Below, piece after piece: positions 46,161 to 54,719 of a stretch of DNA of 64,000 bases. This DNA comes from a candidate division WOR-3 bacterium (GTDB taxonomy: Bacteria; Hydrothermota; Hydrothermia; UBA1063). The translations under genes were made by a program, and so were the position numbers. Within the stretch, counting starts at the first letter, position 1. Each line of letters begins with the position of its first letter. The notes beneath the pieces are model-generated. The model had not been told where the DNA came from, did not search any database, and worked only from the letters and a program-made list of their open reading frames with translations. The DNA lies in assembly GCA_039803545.1 (NCBI GenBank), contig JBDRYS010000003.1:83096-147095 (forward strand). Direction: 5' to 3'.

Positions 46161-46976
46161 ATGAACAGGTTCAGACTTCTAATTTTGTGCTACTCCGGGG
46201 CTGGAAATTCCCTTCTGGTTGCCTCCACCATAAAGGATAGGCTTTTAAAAGATGGCTACGAGGCACAATTAAAAATGATAAATAAGAAAATTGGTGAAGT
46301 AGATCTAACCCCCTATGATCTTATTATCCTTGTTTCACCCGTTTATGCCTACCACGCACCGGAAACAGTCTTAGAGTTTGTAAAATCTTTAAAAAATGGA
46401 AACAGCCCCTTCTATCTCATTTTTACGAAGGGACTAATCCTTGGAAATTCAGGTTACGAATTACATAAAATTTTAAAAGGAAAAGGCTACAAAGTAAGGG
46501 GATTTTCCGATATCATCCTAACTGATACCCTTTTCCTTTTAACTGCTAAGAAAAACACCCCTCTTGAAAAATTTTACCTTTTACCGAACAAAATTTTCCC
46601 CTACAAGCTTAAAATTATTTACCGCTCCATCATCAAGGCCGTTCACTCTCCAAAGGAAATAAGGTTGCACAAAAAACTCTACGGTTTAATGACGGAATTC
46701 ATTGCAAAAAAATTCTGGGAAAAAGTAAACACCTGGAAAAGGCTTTTTTATGCCGATGGAAAGTGTAATCTGTGTGGAGTTTGCGTACGAGTTTGTCCCC
46801 GGAGCAACATAAAAATCGAAGAGGGAAAAGTTCTATTTGGAGACGACTGTGAATTCTGCACCGCCTGTATCCACAGGTGTCCTCAAGAGGCGATTCAGGT
46901 GGGAAAAAGGACCATTGGAAAAGCCAGATACAAGATAGGAAAAGAAGCTAACTATTTTAGGAAAGTTTTGAATTAA
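46161..46976 (+). CDS. Flavodoxin-like domain plus 2x[4Fe-4S] ferredoxin domain protein (EFR1-like)
   Basis: The N-terminus LLILCYSGAGNSLLVAS..LIILVSPVYAYHAP is flavodoxin-like. Two cluster motifs follow: CNLCGVCVRVCP and CEFCTACIHRCP. Confidence 0.7.
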   Translation: MNRFRLLILCYSGAGNSLLVASTIKDRLLKDGYEAQLKMINKKIGEVDLTPYDLIILVSPVYAYHAPETVLEFVKSLKNGNSPFYLIFTKGLILGNSGYELHKILKGKGYKVRGFSDIILTDTLFLLTAKKNTPLEKFYLLPNKIFPYKLKIIYRSIIKAVHSPKEIRLHKKLYGLMTEFIAKKFWEKVNTWKRLFYADGKCNLCGVCVRVCPRSNIKIEEGKVLFGDDCEFCTACIHRCPQEAIQVGKRTIGKARYKIGKEANYFRKVLN

Positions 46977-46999
46977 ACTTTTATGTGTAAAAAAATTAA

Positions 47000-47030
47000 G
47001 GGGCCCCTTGCGGGGCCCCTCTTTGTTTTA
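47000..47030. terminator. Bidirectional rho-independent terminator between convergent genes
   Basis: GGGGCCCC (47000-47007), loop TTGC, GGGGCCCC (47012-47019). It is flanked by AAAAAATTAA upstream and TCTTTGTTTT downstream. Confidence 0.85.
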
Positions 47031-47045
47031 AGCCTTCCTATTAGT

Positions 47046-47828
47046 TTACCTTCCTATCACTTTAAGGCCAGGAATTTTCTGAATCTTCGCCTCAACGATG
47101 GTTGTCTGTGCGCTGGCAACACCGCCGAGCTTTAGCGTTCCATAGTGCCAACCATCAATCCTCGTTACCTTGAAGCAATAAACCGCATTGTCAACGGCGA
47201 AATCCTTTTCAAGGGTTGGTTCTTGAACGACCCCACTGGATGGAGAAGCTTTTAATATCTTATTTGACCTCCAACCAGTGGTTGGAGCGTTTACTCTTCC
47301 AGGGTCATTGGCAATCTGATCTGCCGAAGCTAAATATAAATCACTACCAACATAACCTGGCTGCCAGTCCGTATAATAGAAGTCGATATTTTGCTGTGCA
47401 TTCGTACCACTAACTGGGTAGGCTACGCACTGGAACTGGTCATTAAATCCAAATCCTGATGGTCCTGCGGAATTGTTGAATTCATAAACTGTTATATTGG
47501 TTGAGGTAACAGGTACTATGGAAGCTGTCACAGGTTCGGAAAGGGAATCCCCCTTGTATCCATAAAGTTTGTAAACATCTACATATCCGTTAGGGTTATG
47601 AATGTAGCTTGTTATTGTGGGGGCGATGGTATCAACAAGCGTGTTGCCAAAGTAAAGAATATAACCATCGATTTCGTCCACTGGAGCTTCCCAGGTTAAC
47701 TTTACCTGTGTCCCGTCTCCATAGGCTGCTACTTCAATGCCACTCGGCGTAATATCACCGACAGGCTGAGCACAGGAAGCCAGTATCAACATCACTGCTA
47801 CAGGGAGAAGATATAATACTTTTTTCAT
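47046..47828 (-). CDS. Lipoprotein with Fn3/Ig-like N-terminal region (hypothetical)
   Basis: The signal ends in the classic lipobox MLILASC. VKLTWEAPVDEIDGYILYF resembles an Fn3 strand pattern. It is co-transcribed with the Lpp-like gene, 12 nt downstream of it. Confidence 0.6.
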   Translation of the reverse strand: MKKVLYLLPVAVMLILASCAQPVGDITPSGIEVAAYGDGTQVKLTWEAPVDEIDGYILYFGNTLVDTIAPTITSYIHNPNGYVDVYKLYGYKGDSLSEPVTASIVPVTSTNITVYEFNNSAGPSGFGFNDQFQCVAYPVSGTNAQQNIDFYYTDWQPGYVGSDLYLASADQIANDPGRVNAPTTGWRSNKILKASPSSGVVQEPTLEKDFAVDNAVYCFKVTRIDGWHYGTLKLGGVASAQTTIVEAKIQKIPGLKVIGR

Positions 47829-47840
47829 TGTACCCCTCCT

Positions 47841-48152
47841 TTACTTTCTCTTTAAGACATCAACTGCAGTTCTAAGTTCCTGATATTTCTTCTCAAGGTC
47901 TGCAATTTTGCCTTTCAAAGCCTGTACATCAGCGGAGACCTTTGCAAAATTGGCAGCAGAAACACCCTGAGCCGTTGCCTGTGTAAGTTGTTCAATAGTG
48001 GCATTTAGAGAATCGATCTTTGCCTGAAGTGCGGTAATCTGTGCATCCATCTCGCCCACCTTCTTCTGGAGCTCATTAACCTGAGATGGGCTGGCACAGC
48101 TCATCAGCAGCACTATCCCACTGACTACTGCGATGCTTAAAAACTTCTTCAT
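47841..48152 (-). CDS. Small coiled-coil lipoprotein ending in Lys (Braun-lipoprotein-like)
   Basis: The signal plus lipobox is IVLLMSC. The ~84-aa mature part is heptad-rich (VNELQKKVGEMDAQITALQAKIDSLNATIEQL..IADLEKKYQELRTAVDVLKRK) and ends in Lys. A GGAGG RBS sits 6 nt before the ATG. Confidence 0.65.
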   Translation of the reverse strand: MKKFLSIAVVSGIVLLMSCASPSQVNELQKKVGEMDAQITALQAKIDSLNATIEQLTQATAQGVSAANFAKVSADVQALKGKIADLEKKYQELRTAVDVLKRK

Positions 48153-48178
48153 ATGTAACCTCCTTTTTTAGTATGTAA

Positions 48179-48207
48179 ATAATAGATGATCTACTTCGAA
48201 ATGTCAA
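48179..48207 (-). promoter_or_regulatory. Near-consensus sigma70 promoter for the lipoprotein pair
   Basis: On the minus strand: TTGACA (complement of 48202-48207), 17-nt spacer, TATTAT (complement of 48179-48184). It lies about 27 nt upstream of the start codon at 48152. Confidence 0.55.
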
Positions 48208-48740
48208 TATTTCGGCGTTCCTCAAAATTAATCTATTCGAAATGGTATTGTTTCATCAAAAATATCAAAACAATAAAACGGCGACCGTATTGCATTTTCT
48301 ATTCTGTAAGCGAGAAGCAATACAGCGTGGTCTTAACAAAGGAAAATGGTTGTCGAAAACAGAAAAAAGGTAGAAGAGCAAAGAGATATTAGATAGACAC
48401 GCCTCTAAACAGCGCTTTATGATAAGAGCAGAAGGTGTAAGTGAAGAAGTAAAAAGGAGGTTTGTGAGTTAGAGGAATGACATAGAGATAGTAAAATTAA
48501 CGCAAGTGATAAACAAATTACTAATGGAGCTTGACTAGGCTTTCAACAAGAAAAAGGGGCTCGAATGGGCATCAAAACTACAATAGGTAATAGTTCAAAT
48601 AGGCTAATTTTGAGGAAGCACGTATTTGAGTAAGGGTTAGAGTCGACAAAGTGTGAAAGTATAAAGAAAGATCTTTAAAGTAAAGAGCTTTCTAACTTCT
48701 ATAAGTTTTCCGCAAAATATACGATTTTAATGCCTTATTC

Positions 48741-48770
48741 AGGAGCAAGTGCAAAATTCGCTCCTTTTTA
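48741..48770 (+). terminator. Weak plus-strand terminator-like hairpin at the end of the long non-coding region
   Basis: AGGAGC (48741-48746) pairs with GCTCCT (48760-48765), followed by TTTTTA. The T-run overlaps the stop codon of the convergent GT4 gene. The stem is only 6 bp. Confidence 0.3.
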
Positions 48771-49979
48771 TCCACTTCTCACCCTTCCCCTTTTCAACAA
48801 CAAATCCTGCAACTCCCTTTCAAAATCCTCCAGTATTTTCTCCCTCACCCTTTCTTTCTCTACAAACTCTCTGGCTCTCCTTGCCATTTCTTTCGCCTGT
48901 TCAGGCGAATCAACAACCTTTTTAATAGCGGATGCAAGGGCCTCGGGGTCACCCGGTGGGCAGACAACAGCAAGACCTTTCTCCTCCAGATATTTTGCCA
49001 ATGGTCCCTCTCCGCAGTATACCACAGGCCTACCTACCGCCATGTATTCCCAAACCTTAGAAGGCTCAGCAATTTTGCTAATTTCTCCTGCTCTTAAAAG
49101 AGCAACACATACCCTTGCCTTTTCGTAAAATTCCCACAATTCCCGTGGCTTTATGTAAGGTATGAATTTTACATTAATTAGACCTTTTGACCTTTTCTCA
49201 AGAAGGGTCTTCTCTGGACCATCGCCAATCAACAAAAATTCATATTCAGGTAATTTCCTTGCTGCTTCAATAAAAACCGAAAGATCCTGCATATATCCCA
49301 AAATACCAGCATACAATATCACAGGTTTACTTTCTTTAGCATAGAAGGCAGATATACGCTGAGTCGCCTCTAAAAAGTTTTTGGTAATTCCATTGGGTAC
49401 TACCTTGAGTTTTGAGCGTGTATCTTTAAAATACATCTTTATTCCATTCGCAGGTGTGATAACAAGATCTGCCTTTGAAGCAATCTTTCTCATTGCCCAA
49501 TCAAAAATACCCGAAAATCCGAAAGTTTTTTTGCCAGCAAACTTTGGATAGAGCCATGTCAAGTCCCTTATGTCCCAGATGAAAATTGACCTCTTTAATC
49601 GTGACAATAAGTAGGCAGATGGTGCAGATAGCATGTAAGGAGTGGTTACAAATACTATTCCGGTCCTATATTTTAGACCCTCAATAAAGCCCTTAACAGC
49701 AAAGGAGAATTCAGCTATCATTCTTAAAAAGAGGTTCTCTCTCGGTACCATTAAAGGTTTTAAACGGATTACCCTTACACCATTTTCGCATTTATCGAGG
49801 AATTCATTCTTTTCATATCCCTCATAAATTTTATTGTAAGGATAATTAGGCAATAAGGTAATTACTGTCACCTTCCAGCCTTTGCTGGCAAGAAATTCTG
49901 CAAAGGAGGTGGCCCTTTTAGCACCAGCACCTGTTTCGGGATGATAATGACTACTGATAATCAAAATGGACTTTTCCAT
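48768..49979 (-). CDS. Glycosyltransferase family 4 (WcaI/WbuB-like)
   Basis: ILIISSHYHPETGAGAKRATSFAEFLASKGWKVTVIT..PNYP at the N-terminus; EPSKVWEYMAVGRPVV in the C-terminal domain. Confidence 0.85.
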   Translation of the reverse strand: MEKSILIISSHYHPETGAGAKRATSFAEFLASKGWKVTVITLLPNYPYNKIYEGYEKNEFLDKCENGVRVIRLKPLMVPRENLFLRMIAEFSFAVKGFIEGLKYRTGIVFVTTPYMLSAPSAYLLSRLKRSIFIWDIRDLTWLYPKFAGKKTFGFSGIFDWAMRKIASKADLVITPANGIKMYFKDTRSKLKVVPNGITKNFLEATQRISAFYAKESKPVILYAGILGYMQDLSVFIEAARKLPEYEFLLIGDGPEKTLLEKRSKGLINVKFIPYIKPRELWEFYEKARVCVALLRAGEISKIAEPSKVWEYMAVGRPVVYCGEGPLAKYLEEKGLAVVCPPGDPEALASAIKKVVDSPEQAKEMARRAREFVEKERVREKILEDFERELQDLLLKRGRVRSG

Positions 49980-50000
49980 AGTTCCATCCTAAAAGCTAAC

Positions 50001-51188
50001 TTAAAAATCATTTACTATCTTTCTAACTTCGTTAACAAAATTAACTTCTGAGAAAGTTTCTGCCCTTTGCGACACACTAACCCTCAAATCCTTCTCCAAC
50101 TCTGGATTTTTCAAAACGTGAATAATTTTTTTAACAGCATCATCTACATCATTATAGCGAAGTTCTTCAATATCCACAATTTCAACCTGCCCGCCACTAT
50201 TATGAACAAAAGGCAAGACTCCGAGTTTAATCATTTCCGCTATTGCGATACCAAAGTGTTCATTAACTTTGCCATGGATCCCATACCTATGGGAACCAAG
50301 TAACTGGGTTAGCTGCTCCCTGTTCAGATCTGTTTCAACAAATAACCAGTCGGTGTTTACCTCGGAAAGGGCAACCACCTCTTTGAAATACCTTTCATTC
50401 CCCGGTTTCCCTACGATGTGAAGGTGTACATTAATCCCACTCTCCCTCACCTTCTTTATAATTTCAATGACCTCTAAATACCTTTTGGTCGGTTCAATCC
50501 TACCAACAGCAACAAACCCCATTTCGCGATCTTCAACGGGCAAGGAATACTTCTTAACCTCGGAAGCAGGGACAAAAACGGGTGGGCAAAGAACCCTCGG
50601 TTTGACCTTATAGGCCGATTCAAAAATCTGTGCTGTCCACATAGAATTGACGAGAGACAAATTCTTCAAAACCTTATTTATATCAAAATCGCTTATTTTA
50701 TGACCAATAATTTCATAAATTTTTCTCACAGGATTGGGCCTATGATACCAGATTTTTGAGTAAGTTTCCTCTTTCAATCTGGAATAATCGTAGCCAACGA
50801 AAAAAGGAAAATGAACATACTGAATACCGCGCTTCCCAAAATCCATTTCATTATAGGTGCTGAAGAAGATGTCAAAATTGTCCTTTAAATTTTTGCAAAC
50901 CCTCATCATATAGTGCTGTCTGAGCAAGGCTAAATGGGACATATTCGTACCCAAGGTCTTAGGTACTTTAAGGCGCATAATTTCAACCTTTTCGGGATCT
51001 ATCGAAGTACCATAAAATTTATTCAAACGCTCTAAGGTTACTTCTTTGTCAAAAGTCAAAAGAGTTACATTGTAATCATCCTGTAAGGCCTGCAAAACCC
51101 AGGAACATACAGATTCTGTTCCACCCCAGCCAAAAAGAGGATGAACAACTGCGATCCTAAGAAGCGATTTCCTCACCTTTCTCTCCAT
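50001..51188 (-). CDS. Glycosyltransferase family 4
   Basis: I prefer the start at M16 (MERKVRKSLLRIAVVHPLFGWGGTESV). The C-terminal region is EHFGIAIAEMIKLGVLPFVHNSGG. Confidence 0.8.
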   Translation of the reverse strand: MERKVRKSLLRIAVVHPLFGWGGTESVCSWVLQALQDDYNVTLLTFDKEVTLERLNKFYGTSIDPEKVEIMRLKVPKTLGTNMSHLALLRQHYMMRVCKNLKDNFDIFFSTYNEMDFGKRGIQYVHFPFFVGYDYSRLKEETYSKIWYHRPNPVRKIYEIIGHKISDFDINKVLKNLSLVNSMWTAQIFESAYKVKPRVLCPPVFVPASEVKKYSLPVEDREMGFVAVGRIEPTKRYLEVIEIIKKVRESGINVHLHIVGKPGNERYFKEVVALSEVNTDWLFVETDLNREQLTQLLGSHRYGIHGKVNEHFGIAIAEMIKLGVLPFVHNSGGQVEIVDIEELRYNDVDDAVKKIIHVLKNPELEKDLRVSVSQRAETFSEVNFVNEVRKIVNDF

Positions 51189-52591
51189 AGCTTTGATATC
51201 GAAAAGGAAAGGAAAACCAGCATAAACCTCCATAAACTTCCATCATATAAGAATTGATCAACTGAAAATAACAGCATCATATACAAAATAAAAGCCACCG
51301 CAACAAGCTCTTCTTTTCTAACCTCGGAAAGCTTAAAAAACTCTACGATTTTTCCAACTATTTTTTTAATCCCAAGAAAATAAGCCCATAAAGCCATTAG
51401 AAAGGGAACAAGTCCCGACTCGATCAATAGGTTTATAAGAAAATTGTGGGCGAAAGGCAGGCCGAGAGAACCATAAAAATAAAAGAAGTTCCCTGTACCC
51501 ACGGGAGAAAAAGGATGAGCAATAAAGTAGCGGAGAGAGTTTTTCCAAAGCAAAAACCTTGATAGTATAGAGGTATCATATAAAAGTAACTTAGGGTTCA
51601 ACCTGAGTTGAAACACCAAGCGTCCGAGTTTGTAAAAAACTACCAAAAAAACAAATCCTGTAATCGTTACCAAAATCCAATTGTAATTCTCTCTGCTTTT
51701 CGTTGCAAAGAAAAGAAATAGAAAAGAAGCTATCATTGTGGAAATCAGGCCATTCCTTGAACCGGTGCATAAAATCACAACGAGGAGAATACCCGCAAAC
51801 CCAAAATACAGAATATTTGAAGGAAATCGCCTTTTAAAGGCTAAGTAGAGAGAAAAAATTACCCCCATTCCAGCAAGATGGGCAGGTGGATTGGGAGTAT
51901 TAAACCTTCCAACCTCTCTAATAATCCATTTACCTGCTAATAGCATCTTTATTGCTTTTAAACTGATGACATCAACCACTGTTAGAAGGATTAGAATAAT
52001 GAGGACAAAAATCACCCAATCTTCGTATTTTTGATCATTCCAGAGTTGAAGGGAGAAGTAAAACATCACTAAAGAGAAAAGAAGGTGAATATTCTGAAAG
52101 AACGTCCTTGTCACATTTAGCGCACTGAAGATACTAAAGAAGCTCGAAGTGACAAAAAAGAGTATGAAAAGGAGGGCGCTTTTATATCTTAAGGACTGTT
52201 TCATTGCAATTTGATAGGTAAGGATAAAGAGCAATATGGCCTCCAAAATCGTATAGATATATATACCGTCGGGTCTGGCTAAAGAGTTGTAGAGGGCATA
52301 AACATTGGGCACTTCAACAAAAAACCCTGAAAACCTTTTAAAGAAAGGAGTAAACAGAATTACTGCCGAACTCAGCGGGATGGATGGAAGATACAATAAA
52401 AATACCCATTTCGGCCTGTCTGCAGCAGTTAGGGCAGCAATGATGAAAAAGGCTAACAAGGCCAACTTAAGGCCAAACTTCAAATCACCAATCCATGCGG
52501 CAACAAGTGATAAAACAAAGAAAGTAACAAAAACAATCAGTAACTTCTTGAACTCATCTAAATCAAAGTATTTACTGGTTAAGCTTTTCAT
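51173..52591 (-). CDS. O-antigen polymerase/ligase family protein (Wzy-like)
   Basis: Polytopic, 472 aa. CTGSRNGLISTMIAS and the Wzy_C-type signature GTGNFFYFYG..PFAHNFLINLLIESGLVPF. Confidence 0.8.
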   Translation of the reverse strand: MKSLTSKYFDLDEFKKLLIVFVTFFVLSLVAAWIGDLKFGLKLALLAFFIIAALTAADRPKWVFLLYLPSIPLSSAVILFTPFFKRFSGFFVEVPNVYALYNSLARPDGIYIYTILEAILLFILTYQIAMKQSLRYKSALLFILFFVTSSFFSIFSALNVTRTFFQNIHLLFSLVMFYFSLQLWNDQKYEDWVIFVLIILILLTVVDVISLKAIKMLLAGKWIIREVGRFNTPNPPAHLAGMGVIFSLYLAFKRRFPSNILYFGFAGILLVVILCTGSRNGLISTMIASFLFLFFATKSRENYNWILVTITGFVFLVVFYKLGRLVFQLRLNPKLLLYDTSILSRFLLWKNSLRYFIAHPFSPVGTGNFFYFYGSLGLPFAHNFLINLLIESGLVPFLMALWAYFLGIKKIVGKIVEFFKLSEVRKEELVAVAFILYMMLLFSVDQFLYDGSLWRFMLVFLSFSISKLWRER

Positions 52592-53525
52592 AGAGCCTTG
52601 AGAATTTATAGTGTTTGATTAAATTCCAATTGTTTATAACATTAACCACAGCGTTAAAAGTTTCTATGAAAATTGTGACATTTCTCTTTTTAATTGCCTG
52701 GTGCAAACTTTGTAATATCAATCCTAAAAGAGACCACTCAAAGATTATTTTGGCCCCTTTTTTGTTGAAAAAGTGCTTTCTGAAGTTCAGCATAAGATTA
52801 TAAACAATGATATGGGACATTCTTCCCTGTCCTAATCTCCCTCCCGGTGCATGCAAATGTTTGAACTTTAAATCTGGGGAAAGAATGAGCTTTGGACCGA
52901 ACTTCTTATAGACTGAATAAGAAAAGTCTTGATCTTCGCGATGAGAATAGGTAACCATAGTCTCATCAAATCTAATGTGGTTTATAACCTCTCTTTTCAT
53001 AAGCCAAACGTGAGAGCCCAGGTATTCAGCTTTTATATCAGAAGAAGGGCAATAAGCCATTACCTTCGCACCAGAAGGCAATAAAATCTGCTTATTTTTA
53101 TCATAGTAGTCGAAAAAGAATAACTTCCTGATAAAATTCTGCATCTTAGGAGGTTTCTTTAAACCTTCTTCCAACCCTGTAACTATTAAAGCACCGTAAT
53201 GTGATAACTTATCAAATCCCTTTTCCGCAAAATTGGGGGGTAATTCAACGTCATCATCAACCATAAGAACCAAATCTTCCTTTGCGTTTAAAAGGCCGTT
53301 ATTTCTCCCAGCAGAAATACCTCGGACACTCGTCACTACAAGCCTTATATTCTCATCAGGGTACATTTCCTTAAGACTTTTAAATGCTTCGTATGTTTCA
53401 GCGTCTCCTTCAACACCGGAAATTATTATCTCGGATGGCTTCAAGGTCTGACTGAGGAGATTTACCACACAGCGTTTTAGATCCTTTCCCCTCTTAAAGG
53501 TTGGAATAACTGCTGAATAGTTCAT
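52572..53525 (-). CDS. Glycosyltransferase family 2
   Basis: YSAVIPTFKRGKDLKRCVVNLLSQT, and DLVLMVDDDVELP (DxD). Confidence 0.85.
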   Translation of the reverse strand: MNYSAVIPTFKRGKDLKRCVVNLLSQTLKPSEIIISGVEGDAETYEAFKSLKEMYPDENIRLVVTSVRGISAGRNNGLLNAKEDLVLMVDDDVELPPNFAEKGFDKLSHYGALIVTGLEEGLKKPPKMQNFIRKLFFFDYYDKNKQILLPSGAKVMAYCPSSDIKAEYLGSHVWLMKREVINHIRFDETMVTYSHREDQDFSYSVYKKFGPKLILSPDLKFKHLHAPGGRLGQGRMSHIIVYNLMLNFRKHFFNKKGAKIIFEWSLLGLILQSLHQAIKKRNVTIFIETFNAVVNVINNWNLIKHYKFSRLYEKLNQ

Positions 53526-53543
53526 AAATAGGCTGATTCAAAT

Positions 53544-54656
53544 TTACAAAATCTTGCCAAGAAGACCGTCTTCTTTCAATTCACCAAACATGAAAAGGAG
53601 GATATTGATCAGTGTGCTTATGAAAAAGAAGAACATTACAAGAATCGTACCTCTTGGAAAACTTTTATAGTCAGGGACTTCTGCCCAGTGCATAACAGTA
53701 AATGTGGGGGTATCCTTCTTCTCCAAAATCTTAGCCTCCTCGTACTTCGTAAACAAGAAGGTGTAAACCTCTTCATGCGCTTTTATCTTTACAAACAAAT
53801 CCCAGTAGGTCTTAGCCAGCTCCGGTACAGTCCTTAAAGGGAAATTTAGAATTCTGGGTGCTTTCGCCTGCGAAGAATCAGATCTTGTTTCATTAGCAAA
53901 ATCCCTGAGTTGCTTCTCATAGACCTGAAGTTCGTTCAATTTCATATTCAAAATAGGATTTTCAGGAGAATAAATCTCTTTCAAATAGTCATATTCTGCC
54001 TTACTCAGTAAGTAGCCCTTGTAAATATCGAAATAAGAGGAAACCCACTCTTTGTATTCATCCTCAGGGGAAACGGTTCCATACTTTTTCTGAAATCTCT
54101 CCAAAGAATCACGGAGGGTACCGATTAGCTGATCCTCCTCCTTCAGTCTTTGCTCGAGAAAAGCCCTTAAAGCCTTCCCCTTCGTCATCACTGTTTGCTT
54201 ATTAAAGCGGTCCAGTTCTCTTACAACAAGGTTTACTAAGTCAGCAGCAAATTGCCGATCTTTGTCTTCATAAGAAATCTCGATTATACCTTCTGTGTAT
54301 GACTTAATTTCAATTCCTTTGAGTAACTTTCTGTAAGCCCTTATATAGCTTTTAGTTTTAAATCTCTGCTTAAGATTAAGGGAATCTATGACTGGATATA
54401 ACACGGCTCTTGACTGAGTTATTCTGGCGTAAATATCTGCCGGCGAAACCATTAGCCCAAGGAGTGGGTTTATATTTGCAAGGGAAGAACCTATAGTCAT
54501 CATCAATTCAGGTTCTAAAGTCGGCATTATCTCTGCAGTCGCCTTATACTTTCTAGGTAAGGTAAAAAAAAGTACAAGGGCTAAAAGAAAACCCACAAGG
54601 TAAACAATAAAAAAAATCTTAAAATATCGCGAAATTGCAGGATAAAATTTTTTCAT
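53544..54656 (-). CDS. Polysaccharide chain-length determinant (Wzz/PCP family, no kinase domain)
   Basis: An N-terminal TM is followed by LPRKYKATAEIMP, a long coiled-coil-rich periplasmic region and a C-terminal TM; 370 aa. Confidence 0.8.
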   Translation of the reverse strand: MKKFYPAISRYFKIFFIVYLVGFLLALVLFFTLPRKYKATAEIMPTLEPELMMTIGSSLANINPLLGLMVSPADIYARITQSRAVLYPVIDSLNLKQRFKTKSYIRAYRKLLKGIEIKSYTEGIIEISYEDKDRQFAADLVNLVVRELDRFNKQTVMTKGKALRAFLEQRLKEEDQLIGTLRDSLERFQKKYGTVSPEDEYKEWVSSYFDIYKGYLLSKAEYDYLKEIYSPENPILNMKLNELQVYEKQLRDFANETRSDSSQAKAPRILNFPLRTVPELAKTYWDLFVKIKAHEEVYTFLFTKYEEAKILEKKDTPTFTVMHWAEVPDYKSFPRGTILVMFFFFISTLINILLFMFGELKEDGLLGKIL

Positions 54657-54719
54657 AGGTTAATTATAAACTACCTTAAAAACTCATTCAAAAACAAAAG
54701 ATAGGGTGGTTTTTAAAGT

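Noticed and set aside
48186-48392. A 68-aa basic ORF (MIYFEMSIFRRSSKLIY...) in the long non-coding region.
   Set aside because: It has no RBS, overlaps the minus-strand promoter of the lipoprotein gene, and has low-complexity basic composition typical of random ORFs in A-rich DNA. I treat the region as non-coding.
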